From a virus (lineage: Duplodnaviria > Caudoviricetes): DNA of 40,122 bases. The stretch lies in IMG/VR virus record IMGVR_UViG_3300047294_000047, positions 1 to 40,122 of that record. The stretch is one strand, 5' to 3'. Position 1 is the first letter of the stretch; every line of letters begins with the position of its first letter. Below the pieces are notes generated by a model. That model made no database searches. It saw only the letters and a list, made by a program, of their open reading frames with translations, and was not told the DNA's origin. Of this stretch, positions 36,677 through 40,122 are shown in pieces. The position numbers and the translations under genes were made by a program.

Positions 36677-36888
36677 GTCGTCCTCTTTGGGTTGAGTTGC
36701 TTGAGCAGTTCAGGGTCAGTAAACAGCATGTAGTTGCTCTTGTTGAGGGGAGCCACAGTGTGTTTCTTCTGCTTGGCAGCAGCTTCACCACAGGCTAAGC
36801 AAGTGCGGTATCCAAGCTGAACCCTGCGGTATTCCACATGCCCCCCATAACACTGTACACACAGGTAACGTCTGTCTTCAGCGTTCAT
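36673..36888 (-). CDS. Small zinc-finger protein
   Basis: CxxC...CxxC, 'PLNKSNY'. SD GAGGAG. Confidence 0.7.
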   Translation of the reverse strand: MNAEDRRYLCVQCYGGHVEYRRVQLGYRTCLACGEAAAKQKKHTVAPLNKSNYMLFTDPELLKQLNPKRTT

Positions 36889-36898
36889 ACTGCTCCTC

Positions 36899-37096
36899 TC
36901 AATCTACTTTACGTAGGGTAAACGTGTAGCTGGTACCATCGAGGTGATAGTCCCTAGCTTCACCGTTGACACGGCAGATACGTAGTCGTCCACCGATATT
37001 GAACTTGTCACGGGCTTTTGCCAGTGCAGACCGCCATGTGTCGGCAATGATTTCCCTATGCCATACACCATGATCTGTAAACAGGAAATACGGCAT
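36899..37096 (-). CDS. Small hypothetical early protein
   Basis: MPYFLFTDHG..., SD AGGGGGG. Confidence 0.55.
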   Translation of the reverse strand: MPYFLFTDHGVWHREIIADTWRSALAKARDKFNIGGRLRICRVNGEARDYHLDGTSYTFTLRKVD

Positions 37097-37109
37097 CACA
37101 TCCCCCCTT

Positions 37110-37280
37110 TTAAGCGATGCTGAATGCCGACTCATCGGCATCGTAGAACCACTCAACGTAGTTGTATATGCTGCCCTCGGCGCTGAGGAACACCCCATGC
37201 ACCGGCTCATCGGAGGTGTCCTCTTCAAGGCCAGCATCCTCCAAAGTAGTAAACCGTTGTTCTGTCATCGAAACTTTCAT
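37110..37280 (-). CDS. Small acidic early protein
   Basis: MKVSMTEQ..., SD GGAG, D/E-rich. Confidence 0.55.
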   Translation of the reverse strand: MKVSMTEQRFTTLEDAGLEEDTSDEPVHGVFLSAEGSIYNYVEWFYDADESAFSIA

Positions 37281-37300
37281 AGCAATTGCTCCAGTACAGT

Positions 37301-37355
37301 GCGACATAGCACTTCACAAGGCAGTGACTCACTGCCCTGCAAGCTGTCATGTCAC
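37301..37355 (-). promoter_or_regulatory. Long imperfect intergenic hairpin (RNase III-like site)
   Basis: Core GGCAGTG/CACTGCC (37320-37336), extended by CUU/AAG and GUGACAU/AUGUCGC pairs. Confidence 0.5.
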
Positions 37356-37564
37356 TTCGATGCAGGGTGCATCAACAGACGGGTCTGATAGCCAGCGTCA
37401 ACAAGCCGCTGTTGAAAAGCACAGGCTGCATCGTCCCGCTTGAACCATTGGAGATACATCGTATCCCCGTCAATCCACTTGACAACAAAGCGAAGAGTCT
37501 CTGCTTTGCGCTGTTTGCGGGGTGCTTTGTAAGGCAAGGTTGTAACTTTCACTGATTGGGTCAT
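37352..37564 (-). CDS. Small basic early protein
   Basis: MTQSVKV..., SD GGAG. Confidence 0.6.
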   Translation of the reverse strand: MTQSVKVTTLPYKAPRKQRKAETLRFVVKWIDGDTMYLQWFKRDDAACAFQQRLVDAGYQTRLLMHPASK

Positions 37565-37583
37565 GTCAATCTCCAGTAGAAAC

Positions 37584-37605
37584 GCAGTGTGAGACGGCAC
37601 ACTGC
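37584..37605 (-). terminator. 8-bp hairpin after the 37618-37908 gene (weak terminator or processing site)
   Basis: GCAGTGTG-N6-CACACTGC followed by GTTTCT. Confidence 0.45.
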
Positions 37606-37617
37606 AAACCGTAATCA

Positions 37618-37908
37618 TTAGGCCAGCTTGGTAACAGTCACCTTGGCAATGCTCGGAGCCTTGCGTTCTGGCAACAGAGCAATGTAGGGCTTGCCCCAAC
37701 GGTCTGCCATAAGGACTGGTGTATCACCACCTTGCTCTGGCTTGAACACTCTGATTTCCATCTTGTGTTTCTTGCCGAGTTCACACAGCGTCTTGTAAAG
37801 TTCAGCAGTATTGTTACTGTCAAACTTGCCATCGGCGTCTGGCTTTACAACCAGTTGCTTGTTGCTGTTACTAAACACACTCACTTTACCTTGGTAAATC
37901 TTTGCCAT
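37618..37908 (-). CDS. Early protein, paralogue A
   Basis: SD AAGGAG. Shares GKF, PVLxAxRxGxPYIALLP and TVTKLA* with 38839-39138. Confidence 0.8.
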   Translation of the reverse strand: MAKIYQGKVSVFSNSNKQLVVKPDADGKFDSNNTAELYKTLCELGKKHKMEIRVFKPEQGGDTPVLMADRWGKPYIALLPERKAPSIAKVTVTKLA

Positions 37909-37955
37909 GACAGGCTCCTTAGAAGGTTGATTAAAGCGGCATCGCTGCCAAAACC

Positions 37956-37984
37956 AGTCTCGCCCCGGCCGAAAATTTTGTCAA
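37956..37984 (-). promoter_or_regulatory. Putative promoter TTGACA-N17-GAGACT
   Basis: Perfect -35 box and the same architecture as 39233-39261. Confidence 0.55.
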
Positions 37985-37989
37985 GTGCC

Positions 37990-38545
37990 GACCTGTTTTC
38001 TAGGAAAAGCGTCAGGTTGTAAGGTCTTTAAAGAAATAATCTAAGCTTACAGGGTACATGATCTAGGAAAATCTGTCAAGTTAGATCGGTTGTAGATTGT
38101 AAAAGTCCATATGAATCAACGACTTACGGAAGACGATCTAAACAATCTACGATTTTGGAAATGATGTGGCGCTAAAAAGTTGGGGACTACGCCGTTTCAC
38201 ATTATGAAACGAAGAAATTTTCTAGGAAAGGGTATATGAAAAAAACCTATATTATCTATATCAACTAGATTGTTTATACACTCTCTTTTCTTGGTCATAT
38301 TGGCGCAAACCGTTGATTTCATTGGACTTTCTACTAACTTGACAACGTAAAGTGTGTAAGGTTTTGTGATGTAAAACCCTGAAAATCGTGGATAGTTATT
38401 TTTAGATTGTTGCATGTACAGTTAGATTGTGTCAGGTTAGCCATGATACTTTACATTTCGGCTTTAAATGCGCGATGTAAAGCGGTACGTAGACTGCGAG
38501 CCGTGACCCCCCGACGTATAGTCTGTCTACTACGTAGACAAAAAG
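37990..38545. other. AT-rich non-coding repeat region (putative replication origin / control region)
   Basis: TAGATTGT x5, TCTAGGAAA x3, TGTnnnGTTAG x4, and two IHF-consensus matches. Confidence 0.6.
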
Positions 38546-38567
38546 CGCAGCAACGTGATCAGCAGAC

Positions 38568-38600
38568 AAAAAAAAACCCGCTCACCTTGCGGTGGCGGGT
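38568..38600 (-). terminator. Intrinsic terminator
   Basis: ACCCGCCACC-GCAA-GGTGAGCGGG followed by T9, just after the TAA at 38607. Confidence 0.85.
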
Positions 38601-38606
38601 CAGGGA

Positions 38607-38777
38607 TTACTTGTTGTAGTGCCAAGTCGCGTGCTCGCGCTGGGCTTTGTCGTCACGCTTGATCATTCGCGTGGCGACCCAGATAGTCCATGCGTTTTTC
38701 CAGCCGTAGTGCCAGATTGCATACCAAACGCCAAAACTCTGGATAGAGGACTTAACTTGAAAAACAGAGGGTTGCAT
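38607..38777 (-). CDS. Small Trp-rich protein (56 aa, not in the ORF track)
   Basis: MQPSVFQ...WYAIWHYGWKNAWTIW...HYNK*. GGAG 6 nt upstream, followed by a terminator. Confidence 0.6.
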   Translation of the reverse strand: MQPSVFQVKSSIQSFGVWYAIWHYGWKNAWTIWVATRMIKRDDKAQREHATWHYNK

Positions 38778-38794
38778 AACATTCTCCAGTGGTT

Positions 38795-38828
38795 AAAAAA
38801 GAACCCGGAGCCTGTCACGCTCCGGGGT
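38795..38828 (-). terminator. Intrinsic terminator
   Basis: CCCGGAGC-N7-GCTCCGGG followed by TTCTTTTTT. Confidence 0.8.
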
Positions 38829-38838
38829 CAAAGCTCTC

Positions 38839-39138
38839 TTACGCTAGCTTGGTCACTGTTCCTCGCTTGGTTTCACCCTCGCCGCGCTTGGGTAGCAGGG
38901 CGATGTAGGGGTTGCCGTAGCGATTCGCAAGAAGAACGGGTTCTGTTCCGCCGTCCACAGTGAACAAAGAGTATTTGTTTACCGGTGACTTGAGTTTTTT
39001 GCTCAGAGCCATCAGGGTTTGGTAGCACTCAGCGCTGTTGCTAGCGTTGAACTTACCCTCGACATCGCGTTTTAGTGCGATCTCACCCTTGGTGTTCTTT
39101 ACAATCGAAACACCGCCTTCAAAAGTTTTAGCTGTCAT
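38839..39138 (-). CDS. Early protein, paralogue B
   Basis: SD GGAG. Clear similarity to 37618-37908. Confidence 0.8.
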   Translation of the reverse strand: MTAKTFEGGVSIVKNTKGEIALKRDVEGKFNASNSAECYQTLMALSKKLKSPVNKYSLFTVDGGTEPVLLANRYGNPYIALLPKRGEGETKRGTVTKLA

Positions 39139-39232
39139 GCTAAAATCTCCAGCGACCTAGTTGTTAAAGAGCAGGCGAGTAGGTCAGCTCGCCTACTCTG
39201 TCGGGTAGTAGGATCACTGCCCCGACAAATTC

Positions 39233-39265
39233 AGACTCGCATAGGTTTACATTTGTGTCAAGTAG
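39233..39265 (-). promoter_or_regulatory. Putative promoter TTGACA-N17-GAGTCT with an overlapping operator-like dyad
   Basis: -35 at 39261-39256. TTTACA-N4-TGTCAA dyad at 39246-39261. Confidence 0.6.
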
Positions 39266-39441
39266 CAGGGGAAAACATACCCACAATGCTAGTAGGGTCA
39301 TTGCCTTGCGCCGTGTCGCAGGGTGATGCAGTGGGCCGCATGGGGGGGGCACATGGATTGCGCAGCGGACAGCCCCCCCTATTAGTAGTAACCCGCATAT
39401 AGCACGACCCAAAAAATAGAACGTGTAAAGTTAGCACCCCC

Positions 39442-39472
39442 TTGACACACCCGTCACCCCCCATGCTATATT
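39442..39472 (+). promoter_or_regulatory. Putative rightward promoter (extended -10 TGnTATATT; TTGACA 19 nt upstream)
   Basis: The -10 box ends 6 nt before ATG 39479. No SD. Confidence 0.55.
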
Positions 39473-39478
39473 GCGGCT

Positions 39479-39958
39479 ATGGACAACCTCCCGCTCAATC
39501 ACACCAAGTGGAATGATCGACTGGCCTTTGATGTAGCGCTGACCCTTGAGGGCAGTGGCGAGACGCTCCAAGAAATTGTGGGGCGACACCGCATCACAAC
39601 CAGCGACGTTCTTGCGTTCAACGCTGATCCCATATTCTTAAAGAAGGTGGAGCACTATCGTGCTGAGGTACGGGAAAAGGGGTTGACCTTTAAGCTCAAG
39701 GCTCGCGCCCAAGCCGAAGAACTGCTCACCACTTCGTGGCTTCTTATTCACGATGCAGCCGTATCTCCTGCCGTAAAGGCTGACTTAATTAAAAGCACCG
39801 TCAAGTGGGCGGGGCTAGAACCCAAAGATGCTGGCCCACAAGATCAAGGCACAGGTGGTGTGAAAATTACCATCAACCTTGGCAGCGACCCCCGTGATAC
39901 ACGTACCATTGAAGCAACTACCGCTGAGATTGAAGATGCAACTGCCATCGAACATTGA
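39479..39958 (+). CDS. Putative terminase small subunit
   Basis: First gene of the rightward arm. Helical protein with an N-terminal HTH-like segment and a C-terminal 'ITINLG' strand. Confidence 0.5.
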   Translation: MDNLPLNHTKWNDRLAFDVALTLEGSGETLQEIVGRHRITTSDVLAFNADPIFLKKVEHYRAEVREKGLTFKLKARAQAEELLTTSWLLIHDAAVSPAVKADLIKSTVKWAGLEPKDAGPQDQGTGGVKITINLGSDPRDTRTIEATTAEIEDATAIEH

Positions 39959-40122
39959 AGACCTGTTTACTCAAACCCACGATGGATTTAAAGCCATGAA
40001 ACTGCGTAGCGCCAGCGAAGCCATCATGGTGGAAAATGCGCTGCAACGCGCCGAGAAGTCCTACCAGACCAAAATCACACGAAGTAAAAAGCGCGGGCGC
40101 GAGTTCGTAATCTCGTTGGTAC
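39936..40122 (+). CDS. Hypothetical protein (partial, runs off the window)
   Basis: MQLPSNIEDLF...KKRGREFVISLV is open to the end and overlaps the previous stop. Confidence 0.55.
   Translation, partial: MQLPSNIEDLFTQTHDGFKAMKLRSASEAIMVENALQRAEKSYQTKITRSKKRGREFVISLV

Noticed and set aside
36249-36791. 180-aa ORF as listed in the track
   Set aside because: Its 5' part overlaps two better-supported coupled ORFs. The likely start is ATG 36470.
38197-38415. 72-aa minus-strand ORF in the AT-rich region
   Set aside because: No SD, and it lies over the repeat array downstream of a strong terminator.

Overview
The whole 40.1 kb window is one tailed dsDNA bacteriophage segment with podovirus-like gene content. 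It has two convergent arms. The + strand (1-21477) is the late arm: tail fibre genes and chaperones interrupted by homing endonucleases, a four-gene lysis cassette, a tail tubular/stabilisation protein, and ejection proteins including an SLT transglycosylase and a 2741-aa polyvalent protein. The - strand (21474-39138) is the early/replication arm: primase-helicase (DUF927 type), HTH protein, SSB-like protein, SNF2 helicase, VRR-NUC and PD-(D/E)XK nucleases, family A DNA polymerase, DUF3310, a MoxR-AAA/DUF3150-like/VWA-metallopeptidase module and many small early genes. A repeat-rich non-coding region (about 37910-38560) looks like an origin or control region. A divergent promoter region at about 39140-39478 leads into a probable terminase small subunit. 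No capsid, portal, large terminase, integrase, tRNA or CRISPR array is visible. The most notable observations are: (i) a T4 gpT-like (TM + GAF-like) holin candidate beside a second, unrelated holin, suggesting a lysis-control system outside T-even phages; (ii) a small basic gene with its own Shine-Dalgarno nested out of frame in the giant ejection gene, right after MORN repeats; (iii) a homing endonuclease lying between a truncated 5' stub of a tail fibre gene and a complete gene with a replacement 5' end; (iv) a paralogous gene pair with matching atypical promoters flanking the putative origin. All family assignments come from motif recognition by eye; no searches were run.
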